Positions 61,201 through 64,000 of a stretch of DNA of 64,000 nt are shown piece by piece. Source of the stretch: Stylophora pistillata (lineage: Eukaryota); NCBI RefSeq assembly GCF_002571385.2, contig NW_019218050.1:152333-216332 (forward strand). Reading direction: 5' to 3'. The translations under genes and the position numbers were made by a program. The notes beneath the pieces were generated by a model that was given only the letters and a program-made list of their open reading frames with translations, searched no databases and was not told where the DNA came from. The first letter of the stretch is position 1; each line of letters opens with the position of its first letter.

Positions 61201-63666
61201 AGCATTCTTGTTCAGCTCTTTACTGCATAAATGCTTCATTCTTTTCAGAGTGAGGTTTTGGTGAATAAATTATTCAACGTTGTGGATTCGTTGTCAACAT
61301 CAGTTCTTAGAACAAAGGTATCCTATGAAGAAGCTACAGAGATTATTTCTCCTCGACTAGCTCTAAACCTGAAGAGTACTTCTCCCTCTGACACCGGAGG
61401 GAACGTAAACACAGGATTTGCAAGCTTTAATGTGCCAAAAGGGAAAGACTTGCTCCGAAATGCAAGGCCAGGTTTGACATCTGTGAATCAAAAGGTATGT
61501 TTCTAAGTGATCGGATGTATGTTACAGCTGGTATTTAACTGTGTCATCAGAAATTACACCTTCAGCAAACGACACAGCTCTATGATTGGTTCACTAAATA
61601 CTTGAGATCCAATGGCCTCAGCAGCCATATTTTCCAGTCCTTTAAGTATTTTAGCTTGTTTTAATGTGGGAGACTCTTATTCCTATTTCCGAGAACAGTC
61701 TTACTTTCACCAAAGTAAGACGACTACCCCGCTTTAGCGTCTACTATCCGCGAGCTCAGACCTTTTACCGTGGTAGAGAAGTATTGCACCTTATTGTCCT
61801 TTATTTTCAGGTAATGTATACGCCGAAAAATTATCATACCTACCATAACTCATCGAGGGACATTAGTACCCCAGTTGTCAGCCTTTCGTACGAGGACAAG
61901 GAGAAGAAAGAGTTAATTACAGTTTCCAATCTAAAAAAATACATCGAATATTTTTTGCCTGCTCCAGATGTCCTGCCAGGGCCGAATACATACAGCGTCA
62001 ATGTCAAAGCGCAAGACACCTGGGCGTATCACAAGCTAGTAGTTTCCTCCAAAGACGAAGCAGTTAGTATCGAAGTGACGCCATTCAACTGCAGTCACAA
62101 ACTTCAACTTCACGTCCAAGAAAACCGTCATCCAACCAAGGATAAATTTTCGTGGAGAAAGGAAATCTGGCTGTCTGCTACCGACGTTCCGTCAAACACC
62201 TCCTACTCAGCATGTTTTAAGGATTATTCTGATTACACACTTTTCATACCGAACGCAAGACTGAAACAGTCTACCTATTTTGTTGGTGTTTTGTATTCAA
62301 ATGGGAAAGAGGACATCAGAAGTTCTAACGAGACTGCTGTGATGAAGTACTCCATTAGAGTTTACAAATCAAAATGCCTCTATTGGAACCAGCGACAACT
62401 GGCATGGATGGGCGACGGCTGTTTCGTGAGTCTTCAAGTAGTGTTTGTTTCAGTCTTTAGTTTCCATCTGATCTGGATAAGTCGAAACTATATTAAGCTG
62501 TCACCCACGAGCAATGGGGGGAGGGGTGAGGGGGGTGACCGCTTAATACAGGTTCCACAGAAGATAAGGGGTATTACAAAAAGCGACACTCAATGCTACT
62601 TAAACAGAATCTCGCGTAAAAAAACTACTTACCAGCGACCATTTTTTGGAACTCAATTATTTTTTTACAATTATTCGTAGGTTGGACCATTTACAAGTCC
62701 AAAGCAAATTCACTGCATGACAAATCATCTGACATCATTTGGATCTGGAATGTTCGTGGCACCAAATCCGATCGATTTCAGAAAAGCTTTGGCAGGGTTT
62801 GCTGACGCCTTTCAAAGTGGTAATGTAGTAGTAATGTTCACCATCATTACCTTGTTGATGCTGTACCTGGTGCTGGCTATATGGGCTTGGAGGGTCGACA
62901 GGAAAGACGCTATGCAGGTGAGAAAAACCAGCATTTACAGGTTGCAATTGGCTTTGGCCCAATCGCCAGAACTTTAAAATTAGACCACGCAACAAACGAT
63001 CAGGATCAGGAGAGGACACATCCATGTGAGGCAGACATGAACAGCCCTGAAATTTCGATTTGACTCCGATGCATTTCAATTGCTTTTTATCCGTATAATG
63101 ATTTGCGATTTACCCGTTTGATATAATCTTCACAAACCGGAAATAAAAGAGCACTGGGATGCTCTTTCGATCCAACCAAACACATTACAGTCAGGGAGTG
63201 GAAAAGGGTTATCCAATTTTCATATATTTCAGAGATCTAGTAGCATGTACCTTGAAACGTTTTGTTTGCGCACATACCAGCACTTTACTGTCATAATTCC
63301 ATGATTCATTGCCTCGTCAACAGATCGGTGCCACCATTCTTCCACCCAGTCGACCAAACAGCCATTACCTGTACGAGGTATACGTTGTTACAGGAAGCCG
63401 TAACGGCTCTGGTACGACAGCACATGTTGGCTGTGAGATTTTTGGAGAGGATGACGACAGTGGCCCTTGCTACCTGCTAGATGCCAATAGACCACTTTTT
63501 AGAAGAGGGGATCTAAATGTCTTTATTTTATCCGTGCCGAGTAGTTTTGGGGTCATTCGAGGAATCAGGATTTGGCATGATAACGGCGGCTACAGCCCGT
63601 CGTGGTTCTTGTGTAGAGCAATGCTTAGAGACTGTCAGACCGACGAGAAGTGGGTTTTTCTTGCTG
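52269..63666 (+). CDS. Polycystin-1/REJ-family receptor (PKD1-like): LamG/ConA-like domain, PKD repeats, REJ, GAIN/GPS, TM1, PLAT; 3' part continues beyond the window
   Basis: Exons 52269-52328 and 52416-52467 (5' exons inferred from phase fit, less certain), 54125-54790, 55592-58384, 58625-58946, 59118-59718, 60042-60203, 60421-60546, 60825-61052, 61249-61494, 61811-62425, 62681-62917, 63324-63666. PKD motifs FDWGDG, WSLGD, VNFGD, WEFGDG; REJ motifs LDALGSHDPD, NAPPRDGTCDVEP...CTGWHDPDGPLKY; GPS CLYWN...WMGDGC...HCMTNHLTSF; TM1 VVVMFTIITLLMLYLVLAIWAW; PLAT YEVYVVTGSRNGSGTTAHV...IRIWHDNGGYSPSWFL. Confidence 0.92.
53316..53504. repeat. ~190-bp imperfect palindrome at the 3' end of an interspersed repeat beginning near 53120
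   Basis: AACAAATGGCAAACACCACAGTGTACACTATTGA...TCAATAGTGTACGCTGTGGTGTTTACCATTTGTT. Confidence 0.85.
53882..54092. repeat. Copy of the TTAACCCTTT MITE-like family
   Basis: Similar to 26519-26744 over its length. Confidence 0.7.
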
Positions 63667-64000
63667 GTAAGAATTTTCTAATTTTTTTCTTTTATAAGCA
63701 GCCCTTTTTACACCACGAAATTTTTCAAAGTACGAAAGAGTGGTCGCTGAGTTATTAATACTCTCTGGGTTAGTGGTGATATCTTGACATGTCTGGTGTG
63801 AATCCTGTTTAACGTTATATCACACCATGTGATATGTTCAGCTAGAATACAGCTCCAGTCAGGTTCCTTGTAACACTCTCGTAGACCATCCCAACGGTAA
63901 TCTATAGGGTCGTGCGCTCAAATCATTATTGGCGTATACTTTGTGGTTTGATAAAAATCATGGTCTTTACTTCTCGAAATGAATGTATCCTTCTTTATCA

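Overview
Eukaryotic, AT-rich, intron-dense animal DNA. The repeat families and gene content suggest a cnidarian, probably a stony coral (inference). Five protein-coding genes were rebuilt by hand from GT-AG junctions with consistent intron phases. (1) 2634-28038 (+), 37 coding exons, about 2348 aa: a RasGEF with the unusual domain order PTB - ankyrin repeats - ARM repeats - REM - talin-like FERM F2/F3 (no F1 lobe) - CDC25. This copy has one in-frame TAG in a symmetric 69-nt exon. (2) Purine nucleoside phosphorylase (+). (3) An SLC35C2-like nucleotide-sugar transporter (-). (4) A single-coding-exon PRRT3/4-like 7TM protein (+). (5) A polycystin-1/REJ-family receptor (LamG-PKD-REJ-GPS-TM1-PLAT) that runs off the right edge (+). 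Introns carry many short non-autonomous elements: hAT-like MITEs with 5- and 6-bp TSDs, Tc1/mariner-like MITEs, tRNA-derived SINEs, long-hairpin repeats and degenerate hammerhead-like repeats. There is one assembly gap (14712-14722). No rRNA, intact tRNA or CRISPR array was seen. The best candidate for an undescribed system is the multidomain PTB/ANK/ARM/FERM RasGEF. Its novelty is judged from recall only and needs a database search.
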